A DNA stretch of 51,311 nucleotides from Gemmatimonadales bacterium. Its GTDB lineage: Bacteria; Gemmatimonadota; Gemmatimonadetes; Gemmatimonadales; GWC2-71-9. The stretch spans positions 1 through 51,311 of the forward strand of contig JBIOTT010000050.1 of the NCBI GenBank assembly GCA_044866195.1, written 5' to 3'. Numbering within the stretch: the first letter of the stretch is position 1; every line of letters starts with the position of its first letter. The translations under genes and the position numbers were made by a program. This document shows, one piece after another, positions 34,334 through 42,906 of this stretch. The notes beneath the pieces were generated by a model that had not been told where the DNA came from, did no database searches, and saw nothing but the letters and a program-made list of their open reading frames with translations.

Positions 34334-35779
34334 TCATGGCCCACCGGGCTGGGGTATCGCGGCGCCGGGCCGGCCTGCCGCCGGCGACCGGGCGACTCGC
34401 CGCTTCGCGCGCATGACACCCGGCTGGAGCTCGGGCACCCGGGCCCCCACGCAGCCGTAGAGTCCGGTGATCATGGCGGTGACCATGTACACCATGTCGA
34501 GCCAGGCAAACGTCAGGAAGAACGACGTCACCGCGAACGCGATCATGGCGAGCGGGAAGTAGGTGCTGCAGAGATAGAGGAAGCGCTGTTCGGGGTCACC
34601 GCGCTCCCAGGCTCGGGGCAGGCGCCGCCGCAGCCGCATGGTACCGGTGATCCCGCTGAACACGAGCGTGCACCACAGAATCACGCCCGGAATCCCGGTT
34701 TCCGCGCCCGCCTGGATGTAAGAGTTGTGCGGGGGAGTGCATCGGATACCATGACCCAGGATTCGATTGGCTGCCTTCTCGGACATGAAGCACTCGGCCC
34801 GCCAGAAGTTGTCGATCCCGAGACCGAAGATCGGGTAGCCCAGCATGTAGCCGAGACCCCGCTCCGCGACCGCACGCCGACCATCGGGGGCATCCCAGTT
34901 GTAGTCCTTGGTGGGCGTCGCAACGGTCTTCATCTGCTCCCAGTAACCCTCCGGCGCCGCGATCGCGATGCCGAAGATGGTTATGAACATGAAGCCCAGG
35001 CGCTTGGTGATCGGCACGTTTCGAAGCATCACCAGGAGCGCGATTCCCACGGCGACAAGCCCCACGAAGGCTCCCCGGGAGCCCGAGCGCGCGAGAGCCC
35101 CAGCGATGCCGATCATGGTTACGCCACTGACGATCTTCCCGTTCTTCCCCGAGGTCTGATAAGTAAGCAGCGACAGCGCGAGCCCGATGAGCAGGACCAG
35201 CCCCAGGTCATTGGCGTCAAAGGTCGCCATTCCTCCCTGGAGCCGGGCCATCTCGCTGCCCGACGCCTTCTTGAGGCCGAACACGAAGAGCGAGAGATAC
35301 GAGAGTACGGCGCAGCCGATGACGTAGGACCAGACGATCGTCAGGAGATCGCGGGGCCCCCGAATGCCCACGATCAGCAGGAAGCACAGCAGAATGGTCT
35401 TGGAGAACTCGTCGAGGATGAACTTGGCCGACCCGCCCAGGGAGATGCCGAACGCAGCGGTGACACAGCCCCAGATGGCGATGGCCATCACCAGGCGAGC
35501 CGGTTTCAGCTGCAGGTTGCCGGCGGCGATCTTCTTGGGATTGAGAAACGCGTACAGACCGGTGAACGCCACCAGGAGGAGCAGCGGCCTCAGCTTGGCA
35601 ACCAACGGGTAGTACGAGTGGATGCGGCTCACCGACAAGACCACCAGCCCAAACAGCGCCGCCCGGAGGGGATCCAGGTTGAGCGGCAGGGCCCCATTTG
35701 CGAGCCGCCGGCGCAGGCCCGCCTGGGGCCTGGCCCTGGCGGCCGGGACAGCGGGGGTGGGAGCGGGGGTAGTGCTCAT
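34334..35779 (-). CDS. O-antigen ligase/polymerase-like (Wzy_C family) polytopic membrane protein
   Basis: About 10-12 hydrophobic segments are present. The Wzy_C-type region is ALARSGSRGAFVGLVAVGIALLVML, followed by a large loop (PTKDYNWDAPDGRR...HNSYIQAGAETG). Confidence 0.65.
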   Translation of the reverse strand: MSTTPAPTPAVPAARARPQAGLRRRLANGALPLNLDPLRAALFGLVVLSVSRIHSYYPLVAKLRPLLLLVAFTGLYAFLNPKKIAAGNLQLKPARLVMAIAIWGCVTAAFGISLGGSAKFILDEFSKTILLCFLLIVGIRGPRDLLTIVWSYVIGCAVLSYLSLFVFGLKKASGSEMARLQGGMATFDANDLGLVLLIGLALSLLTYQTSGKNGKIVSGVTMIGIAGALARSGSRGAFVGLVAVGIALLVMLRNVPITKRLGFMFITIFGIAIAAPEGYWEQMKTVATPTKDYNWDAPDGRRAVAERGLGYMLGYPIFGLGIDNFWRAECFMSEKAANRILGHGIRCTPPHNSYIQAGAETGIPGVILWCTLVFSGITGTMRLRRRLPRAWERGDPEQRFLYLCSTYFPLAMIAFAVTSFFLTFAWLDMVYMVTAMITGLYGCVGARVPELQPGVMRAKRRVARSPAAGRPGAAIPQPGGP

Positions 35780-35893
35780 GAGAGACGAATCAGGTCACCT
35801 GTTCAGCTGGATGCAAGCCGTCTTGGACAGCCCACCCCTGTCGCAAGTTCGGGTCCGCACACCCCCTGCCGTTGCGCCAGCGCAACAGCGCAC

Positions 35894-37852
35894 TCAACCG
35901 GCTCTGGCCCACCGCTCCTCCCAGGCCCGGAGGACCACCAGAGCCCATAGGTCCAGGCCGGACGGGCCGCGGCCTTGATCGAATGCTGCCCAAGCAGCGG
36001 CGCCGCCATCGGCATCGAGCACGCTGGTCCGCCGCACCGAGTCCGCCGCAAGCAGATCTCCGGCCCATTCGCGGAGGGGGCCGCGCAACCAGGCGTCGAT
36101 CGGCACCGAGAAGCCCATCTTGGGCCGCTCGATGAGCCCTGGGGGCACCCGCCGGTAGAGCACTTGGCGAAGGAGCCACTTGCCGGTCTGCCGCCGCACC
36201 TTGACGCCCTGGGGAAGCCGCCAGGCGAATTCGACCACCCGATGATCGAGCAGCGGAACCCGGGCCTCGAGGCTCACCGCCATGCTGGCCCGGTCGACCT
36301 TGGCCAGGAGATCGTCCGGCAGGTAGGCCCACTGATCCGCCAGCATCATCCGATCGAGGTCGGCCCCGCCCGGCAGCGTGCTCCACGCACGGCTCACTGC
36401 ATCGTGCGGCTCCCGCCCCCCGGGAACCAGCGCCGCCGGATCCTGCCAAAACGAGACCAGCGACCGGTACATCGATGCGGGCCCGTCGGAACCAGCCAGG
36501 AGGCGAAGCTTGTACGCCTTCTCGCCCAGCCGGGGGTCCCGCAATCGGGCCGGTAGCAGCGCACCCACCCGCCGGCTCCACCGATTGAGGGTCGCCGGAT
36601 CGGAGCGGGCGATCAAACCGCCCATCAGTCGCTTGGCGACCCGGGGTAGACCGGCAGCGGCCCGCAACGCCGCGCCCCCCTTCACGTACCGATTGTACCC
36701 GGCGAAGACCTCATCGCCGCCGTCGCCGGAAAGCGCCACCGTGACTTCCCGCCGCGCGAGCTGACAGACGAGATACGTCGGAATCTGGGACGGATCGGCC
36801 AGCGGCTCGTCGAACAACTCGGGAACCCGCGGCACCACTGCCTCGAGCTCCGGCTCGGTCAACATGAGCTCGGTATGCGCCGTTCCGATGTGACGGGCGA
36901 TGGCCGCTGCGTGGGAGGCTTCGTTGTAGTCCTGGTCGGGGAAACCGATCGTGAAGGTGCGGACCGGGTGGCTAGTGGCCGCCTGCATCAGCGCGACCAC
37001 CGTCGACGAATCGACGCCGCCCGAGAGCAAGGCGCCCACCGGTACGTCCGCCAGCATGCGGAGGGCGACCGCGTCGCAAAGGAGGGCGTCGGCCTGCTCG
37101 ATCAGCTCCTGGTCGGGAGCGAGCAGCGGGTTGGCCAAGCCCTCGCGCGCGGCGTCTGCCAGCGACCAGTAGGGAACCGGGTCCGGCGGGGACTCCCGCG
37201 GGTCGCGGATCGAGAGGATATGGCCTGGCTCGAGCTTGCGTATCTGCCGGAACACACTGAGGGGCGCTGGAATGTAGAGATAGCGGAGATAGGCGACGAT
37301 CGCGTCGCGATCCAGCGCGCGATCGAATCGGGGCAGCGCCGCGAACGACTTGAGCTCGGAGGCGAAGGCGAGCTCACCGCCTTCGTGCCAGACGTACAGG
37401 GGCTTGATGCCAAGTCGGTCGCGTACCAGGTGAAGCACGCGGTCCTGCTGGTCCCAGAGCGCGATGGCGAACATTCCGATGAAACGACGGGTGGCGCGCT
37501 GGACCCCCCATTGCTCGTAGGCGGCGAGCATCGTCTCGGTATCGGAGTGGCCCCGAAACCGGTGACCCGCCGCCTCGAGCTCGCGGCGCAGCTCGGCGTG
37601 GTTGTAAACCTCGCCGTTGAAGATGATGGTGAACCGACCGCTGGCCGAGCGCATCGGTTGGTGGCCGAGCGCCGAAAGGTCGAGGATCGCCAGGCGGCGG
37701 AATCCGAGCGCGACGCCAGCAGATCCCTCGGTCCAGACACCGTGATCGTCAGGGCCGCGGTGCAGGATTGGTGCGATCATGCCGCACGCAACGTCCCGAA
37801 GCTCAGCCTCGGACCGCGCCCGGGACGAGAAGAAGCCTGCTAGCCCGCACAT
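35894..37852 (-). CDS. asnB: Asparagine synthase (glutamine-hydrolysing) family amidotransferase
   Basis: The N-terminal nucleophile is MCGLAGF. The GATase-II domain contains RGPDD and FNGEVYNH. The synthetase PP-loop is LLSGGVDSS. Confidence 0.9.
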   Translation of the reverse strand: MCGLAGFFSSRARSEAELRDVACGMIAPILHRGPDDHGVWTEGSAGVALGFRRLAILDLSALGHQPMRSASGRFTIIFNGEVYNHAELRRELEAAGHRFRGHSDTETMLAAYEQWGVQRATRRFIGMFAIALWDQQDRVLHLVRDRLGIKPLYVWHEGGELAFASELKSFAALPRFDRALDRDAIVAYLRYLYIPAPLSVFRQIRKLEPGHILSIRDPRESPPDPVPYWSLADAAREGLANPLLAPDQELIEQADALLCDAVALRMLADVPVGALLSGGVDSSTVVALMQAATSHPVRTFTIGFPDQDYNEASHAAAIARHIGTAHTELMLTEPELEAVVPRVPELFDEPLADPSQIPTYLVCQLARREVTVALSGDGGDEVFAGYNRYVKGGAALRAAAGLPRVAKRLMGGLIARSDPATLNRWSRRVGALLPARLRDPRLGEKAYKLRLLAGSDGPASMYRSLVSFWQDPAALVPGGREPHDAVSRAWSTLPGGADLDRMMLADQWAYLPDDLLAKVDRASMAVSLEARVPLLDHRVVEFAWRLPQGVKVRRQTGKWLLRQVLYRRVPPGLIERPKMGFSVPIDAWLRGPLREWAGDLLAADSVRRTSVLDADGGAAAWAAFDQGRGPSGLDLWALVVLRAWEERWARAG

Positions 37853-37897
37853 ACGAGAGGGCGCGCCCGCCCGGGGATATCCGGCGTCTGCCGAGGC

Positions 37898-38827
37898 TCA
37901 GCGACCGCCAACCAACCGGCGAAGTCGGGCGCCCACCCGGCCCGACAGATCCTCCGCCCGAAGCTTGGCGTTGAGCAGAGCGGTCATGGCGGCCTGGAAC
38001 CCCTCGTGCCGGGGCGCCCGCTCGTATGCCGGAACGAAGGTTCGCTTGTCGCCGAAGCCGAGCATGCGGCGGTCCTCGTCGGTGGTGTCGCCCAGAAACG
38101 CTGCGTTGAGTATGAGCGGGTGGTAGCGGTTGTACTTGACGTCCTCGCGGCGAAGCGGCACGCCCGGGTCGTGATAGTTGTAGAACACGGCGTGCCGCGG
38201 CTCCAGGATCGGCGTGCTCTGCCGGTGAATGCCGCTGGTGTCGAACAGGATGGCGGTGCCCGCGCGACCGAGCGCCTGGACGATCAGCGACTGGTCCCAG
38301 CGGGCCACCTCCGCGTCGCTGTAGGAGCGGGGGTGGAGCTTTCCGTGGCTGCCCTTCACGTAGGTGAAGGCCCCGGAGCGGACCTCGGTCAGATAGATGG
38401 CGAGCTTGACCTCACGCTGCAGCTGGATGACCTGGCTCTGGTCATACCAGCCGTCACCATGCCAGCCGTGAAAATCCTCCGTGGTCGGCAGTGACAACCA
38501 GCCCTTGGCCTCCACCAGCGCGAACGAGGGGCCGATATACTCCGCGAGAGTCGCCTTGACCAACGGGTGCAGGGCGGCATCCACGAATCCCTGGTCGAGG
38601 GTGAGGACGTCCTGCACCATGTGCCGGAACCGCTCGGTTTTCTCGTAACCATCGAAGTCGTTCCAGCGAAGTCGCTGAAGACGATGGGCGAAAGCCCGCT
38701 GCATGCTCTGCAACCGGTCGGGTTCGAGAAAATCGGGGAGAATGACGATGCCGTCCGCCTCCAGCTGAGCCGCAACGCTGGGCGTTCCCTTTGCGGCTGG
38801 GCTGGATACCGCCAGCTGAGTGGCCAT
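37898..38827 (-). CDS. Phytanoyl-CoA dioxygenase (PhyH)-family Fe(II)/2-oxoglutarate oxygenase
   Basis: The N-terminal region is typical of PhyH (DGIVILPDFLEPDRL). The HxD facial-triad motif is in FHGWHGDG. The distal His/Arg are in FDTSGIHRQS. Confidence 0.7.
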   Translation of the reverse strand: MATQLAVSSPAAKGTPSVAAQLEADGIVILPDFLEPDRLQSMQRAFAHRLQRLRWNDFDGYEKTERFRHMVQDVLTLDQGFVDAALHPLVKATLAEYIGPSFALVEAKGWLSLPTTEDFHGWHGDGWYDQSQVIQLQREVKLAIYLTEVRSGAFTYVKGSHGKLHPRSYSDAEVARWDQSLIVQALGRAGTAILFDTSGIHRQSTPILEPRHAVFYNYHDPGVPLRREDVKYNRYHPLILNAAFLGDTTDEDRRMLGFGDKRTFVPAYERAPRHEGFQAAMTALLNAKLRAEDLSGRVGARLRRLVGGR

Positions 38828-39108
38828 GCCGTGCCTGCTCCGTGAAATGACTGAACCGACTGTCCCACTACTGGATGAGTAACCGGGGCTGTCGCCGGAG
38901 GACAGCGCGCCGAAAGATCTTAGCTCCTCCGCAAACCCCGTGCACCGATCGGGGGCGGCGGCGAAGCCGGCGAGTCGCTATCCTGCCTCGGCTTAGGCGC
39001 CCCCCGAGGCTCCAAGGTACCCAGATCCGTTGCCCAGCCGCAAACGGGAGTAGACGCCTTGCAACGGCTGTGGCGATGTTACTACAGACGGTGGACCGGC
39101 GTCGGAGC

Positions 39109-39124
39109 TGGTCGCAAATTTGCC
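39109..39124 (+). promoter_or_regulatory. Candidate sigma-54 -24/-12 promoter for the two-gene GT4 operon
   Basis: The site reads TGGtcgcaaatTTGCc with exact spacing. It lies 134 nt upstream of GTG 39258. Confidence 0.35.
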
Positions 39125-39257
39125 ACGCCGCGCGGCATTGCCGGCAGCCAAGTGTCCCACCTGGGGAGGCCCAGAGACGTCCGTGCGATCCATCGCAACC
39201 GAACCCACCCCCGACCACCCCGCCACGCGACCAAGCTGGGGTTCAGATGCCCGCACC

Positions 39258-40406
39258 GTGGTGGCGGTCTGCCCCGCTCCGCTCTGGCCCCAAAGCAACG
39301 GCTACGCACTCCGGGTCGGCAACCTGCTGAGCGAGCTCACGAAGTCGTGGCGGGTGATCCTCGTCGCGCAGGCCTCCCCCAGCGACCAGGACCGCACTGC
39401 CGAGCTCGAGCTCGCGGAATTCGTCCCGGTCGATCTGGAGAGCGGAATCGCGACCATGCCCTGGCAGCTGGACACGGCTCCGTTGCGGAAGGTCGCTCTG
39501 GAAGTGATCGGGCGGGTTCGCCCAAGGGCCGTGCTCCTGTGGTCGGGCGCCGAATTCCTGGCCCTCGAAGTGGATCTCCCGCCTACGGTTGCCGACCGAA
39601 TCGATTGCGCGACCCTGTCCAATTGGCGCCACGCCCGCGCACGAAGCCGCTGGATCGACCGCTATCGCGCGATTCGCGCTGCCACCCGGGCGGCGTGGTA
39701 CGAACGGCGGGTGGTCCGGTCGGTGGGGGCGACGGTGGTGGTGGGCGACACCGACGCGGCCGTTCTGCGCCGAATCTCCGGCCGCGATAGCGTCTACGTC
39801 GTTCCCAACGGCGTCACGCTCCCGCCTGCCGTCACCAAAGACTCCGAAGGCCCGATACCAACTGTCGTCTTTACCGGCGTGATGAGCTTCGAGCCCAACA
39901 TCGCAGCCGTACGATTCTTCGCCGACGCAATCTGGCCGGCGGTGCGGCAGGCGGTGCCCGACGCGCGGTTCGTCGTCGCCGGCCGCGCGCCTGCTGCCGT
40001 GGTCCGACGGCTGGGCGACCGACCGGGCATCGAGATCATGCCCGATGTCGAGGTGATGGAACACGTGCTGCGGGACGCCTGGGTGGCCATCGCGCCCATG
40101 CGCTCGGGCACTGGGATCAAGAACAAAGTGCTCGAAGCCTGGTCCTGCGAGCGACCGGTGGTGATGTCCACCCTCGCGACCAACGGTCTCAGCCTGGACG
40201 AGGCGACCGGGAGCCTGGTTGCTGACGACCCCTCCAGCTTTGCCGCGCACGTCGTGCGTCTCCTGGGCGACGCGGCCGAGCGCCGGCGGTTGGGACGGGC
40301 CGGCTACGCCCTGGCCGCGGCAAGCCACACCTGGGCTCAATCGGCCGACGCGATCAGCCAGCTGCTGGAAGGCAACCCGCAGGGCGCTCGCCGCGCAGCA
40401 CCTTGA
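39258..40406 (+). CDS. Family-4 (GT-B) glycosyltransferase (PEP-CTERM/EpsH-locus type)
   Basis: The N-terminal region is PLWPQSNGYALRVGNLL. C-terminal motifs are VFTGVMSFEPNI, FVVAGR and SGTGIKNKVLEAWSCERPVV. The start is uncertain (GTG 39258 or 39261). Confidence 0.75.
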   Translation: MVAVCPAPLWPQSNGYALRVGNLLSELTKSWRVILVAQASPSDQDRTAELELAEFVPVDLESGIATMPWQLDTAPLRKVALEVIGRVRPRAVLLWSGAEFLALEVDLPPTVADRIDCATLSNWRHARARSRWIDRYRAIRAATRAAWYERRVVRSVGATVVVGDTDAAVLRRISGRDSVYVVPNGVTLPPAVTKDSEGPIPTVVFTGVMSFEPNIAAVRFFADAIWPAVRQAVPDARFVVAGRAPAAVVRRLGDRPGIEIMPDVEVMEHVLRDAWVAIAPMRSGTGIKNKVLEAWSCERPVVMSTLATNGLSLDEATGSLVADDPSSFAAHVVRLLGDAAERRRLGRAGYALAAASHTWAQSADAISQLLEGNPQGARRAAP

Positions 40407-41512
40407 CGGCGGTCCGACCGCTCCGGCTGGCCGTCCTGGTGGACCTTCGGCCGCGCAAGCTCGGCTCGCTGGAGGGCTGGCTGGTCGGCCTGGCAGGGGA
40501 GGCCCGCAGCCGCGGCCACACGATCGACGTGTTCAGCCGGGGGCCCGCGCACCCCGACTTCCTCGCGGCGCTCGCAGACGCGGGCGGCGGCTGGGCATTG
40601 CTCGACTCGGTGGTGCGCCGGCCGATAGCCGGGATCCGCCGGTTACGCGGCTACGACGTGATTCAGCTCAACCTGTGCGGCGCCCGCAGCCGCGTGGCGC
40701 TGGTGGCGTACGCCGCCTGGCCGGCGCAGGTGCTCTTCGTCGAGCGGACCTCCGCCTACTCGAGCGTTCCGCTCTCACCCGGCGGACGGATCAAGCGGTG
40801 GCTGCTGAATGGCATCACGGTCCCGAGAATCGCGGGCCTCGCCGGGGTGTCCGACTACGCCCGCGCCCGCACCGCCTGGCAGCTCGGCATGGAGGAGACC
40901 CGGACGGTCACGATCTACAATGGAGTGGACCTCGATCGGTTCGTGCCCGCGCCTCGCCGCCCCGCCGCCAGCGGCCCGCCCACGATTCTCGTTGTTGCCC
41001 ACCTGATTCGGGCGAAGGGTGTCGATGTGCTGCTTCGGGCAGTCGCGCGGCTCGATGACCCGTCGGCGCGTCTCCTGGTGGTGGGCGACGGGCCAGAGCA
41101 GGCTGAGCTCCGCGCTCTGGCGACGGCCCTTGGCATCGGAGAACGCACCGAGTTCGCCGGCCTGAGAGACGACGTGCATGCCTGTCTACAAACCGCCGAC
41201 GTCTTCGTTCATCCGGCCGTCTGGGCGGAGGCGTTCGGGTGGACCATCGCGGAAGCGATGGCGACCGGGTGCGCGGTGATCGCGTCGCGAACCGGAGGGA
41301 TTCCGGAGCTGATTGTGGACGGCGAGACCGGCCTTCTGGTAGCGCCCGGCGACCCCGAGGCGATCGCGTCGGCGTTGACTCGGCTGCTTCGGTCACCCGA
41401 GCTGCGGACCCGGCTGGCCGAGGCGGCACGGCGGCGGGTGGAGGAGCGGTTCAGCCTGAAGGGTTCTGCTGCCCGCCACGTAGACTGGTGCGAGCGAGTG
41501 GCGCGGGGCTAA
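40403..41512 (+). CDS. Family-4 (GT-B) glycosyltransferase
   Basis: The TTG start overlaps the upstream stop (TTGA). Motifs are IRAKGVDVLL, VGDGPEQAEL and AEAFGWTIAEAMATGCAVIASRTGGIPE. Confidence 0.8.
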   Translation: MTAVRPLRLAVLVDLRPRKLGSLEGWLVGLAGEARSRGHTIDVFSRGPAHPDFLAALADAGGGWALLDSVVRRPIAGIRRLRGYDVIQLNLCGARSRVALVAYAAWPAQVLFVERTSAYSSVPLSPGGRIKRWLLNGITVPRIAGLAGVSDYARARTAWQLGMEETRTVTIYNGVDLDRFVPAPRRPAASGPPTILVVAHLIRAKGVDVLLRAVARLDDPSARLLVVGDGPEQAELRALATALGIGERTEFAGLRDDVHACLQTADVFVHPAVWAEAFGWTIAEAMATGCAVIASRTGGIPELIVDGETGLLVAPGDPEAIASALTRLLRSPELRTRLAEAARRRVEERFSLKGSAARHVDWCERVARG

Positions 41513-41527
41513 CGTGCCCGGAAGGCT

Positions 41528-42349
41528 TTACGCTGGTTGGCCGGAAAGCGCGGCGGGACGGCGAGACGGCTCCTTTTTCAGGACGGCAACGATCTGACCG
41601 GTAAAGAATTCGTTGACCAATGGAATCCTGGTCAGTGTCTTCAATCCCTTAACCGGCCTGAGATTGAAGTATTCTGGGTTGAGCTGCAATTGCTTCACGA
41701 TGTTCTTGAGTCGTCTTACTCCTATCTTATTCATGCCCCCCTCAACCTCGGAGAACTTGTTCGCCCCATCGCTTCTGTAAAGGCGGCGGACATTCATTAT
41801 CGTGGCTTCTGAAAAGAGGAATTGCACCCACGGTACCATGGTAAAGAAGTTCATATGGGAGCCCCACGGATGGGCCCAGACACCCGAGGTGAGAAAAATT
41901 CTTCCGTCTTCCTTCAGCACGCGAGCCGATTCCTTCAAGACCGAGTAGGGATCGGCAAAATGCTCAAAGGCATCGACCGTGATGACTGCGTCGAAAGTCT
42001 CAGCGGCAAATGCAAGGTTGTGGGCATCCACGAAAGCAAACTCCAGTTGACGATCTGGATGTCTCTTTCGGATCCTCTCGTTCTCTCTTTTGTCGATCCG
42101 AATGTCGATCCCGCATACTTCCCGAGCTCCAAGCATGGAGATGCCCAGGGCCTCTTGGCCCTCGGCGCAGCCAATATTTAGCACCCGCTTCCCAGAAAGG
42201 GTGGCTTTGATAGCGGGAAACGTTCGCTCTAGAAATTGAATCTGAGCCGTCGGATCTTGATGCTTTTGAACGTAATGGTCCGGGAGGTAATCCGGGGCAC
42301 TTGGGTCACGGCTCAACTTGCGCAGTACGAATTCGCCCAATCTACTCAT
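41528..42349 (-). CDS. Class I SAM-dependent methyltransferase, in a low-GC segment
   Basis: Motif I is VLNIGCAEGQ, and post-I motifs are GIDI and FDAVITVDAFEHF. A further motif is LKEDGRIFL. G+C is about 48% in the two 60-nt lines counted (41581-41700). Confidence 0.8.
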   Translation of the reverse strand: MSRLGEFVLRKLSRDPSAPDYLPDHYVQKHQDPTAQIQFLERTFPAIKATLSGKRVLNIGCAEGQEALGISMLGAREVCGIDIRIDKRENERIRKRHPDRQLEFAFVDAHNLAFAAETFDAVITVDAFEHFADPYSVLKESARVLKEDGRIFLTSGVWAHPWGSHMNFFTMVPWVQFLFSEATIMNVRRLYRSDGANKFSEVEGGMNKIGVRRLKNIVKQLQLNPEYFNLRPVKGLKTLTRIPLVNEFFTGQIVAVLKKEPSRRPAALSGQPA

Positions 42350-42672
42350 TGGCCACTGCCAGTTTCCGGGGTGGACTGAACCGTCGAAGCACGAAAGCCC
42401 ATTCGGGTGATTATACCACGCGCAATGCGCGTCAGGGAGATACCCATCCGGCGGATGTGGCCCAGCTCAGAGTCGAATCCACCGTCATGACCCCGGCAAT
42501 TAACTCGGGCTCTCGCACATCCCGAGGTCCGCTTGTGATATCCCGCACCGATCAGCCAGCACTGTCAAAGTTCTAGGCGTCCCTTCAATGTAGATGAACG
42601 ATACGATGGCAGACGGCACTGCCTGTTGTACCAACGAATTGCACCACAGAGCTACTCAGCGCGATCGCGAGA

Positions 42673-42688
42673 TGGACCAATCCTTGCT
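42673..42688 (+). promoter_or_regulatory. Candidate sigma-54 -24/-12 promoter upstream of the Big_2 paralogue gene
   Basis: The site reads TGGaccaatccTTGCt with exact spacing. It lies 219 nt upstream of ATG 42907. Confidence 0.3.
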
Positions 42689-42906
42689 TGACACCAGGGC
42701 AAAGTGCCACATAGGCGTCTAGGATGGGCGCCCCAGTTCCACCGCTGCTCAGAGTAAAGCCGCCGAAAGGCGGTGGCACAGAGCTTCGGGGCTACCACGG
42801 CCGCTCCTGACCGTTATGCCAGCCGGGCCGCCAGCGACGGGATCCTCTCACCGGGACCCGAGGGCTGGCGGCCTTCCAGTGTCTTCACTCCACAGGAGTC
42901 GGCTGC

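Noticed and set aside
38931-38946. A minus-strand site, gTGCACGggguTTGC-like (ggtgcacggggtttgc), upstream of the PhyH/AsnB operon.
   Set aside because: Ten of twelve consensus positions match, but the near-invariant -24 GG dinucleotide is TG. I did not count it among the sigma-54 candidates. It could still be tested with a PWM.
42350-42500. A minus-strand frame ending in a TGA that overlaps the methyltransferase ATG (...ISLTRIARGIITRMGFRASTVQSTPETGSGQ-stop), as a possible upstream coupled gene.
   Set aside because: It has no plausible start codon giving more than ~40 aa, no recognisable motif, and is not in the ORF track. It may be a decayed remnant and cannot be called a gene.
42774-42788. 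A perfect TGGCAC hexamer (tggcacagagcttcg) upstream of the Big_2 paralogue.
   Set aside because: The -12 position reads TTCG, so CG sits where the invariant GC should be at consensus spacing. The site at 42673-42688 fits better. This one is kept only as a note.
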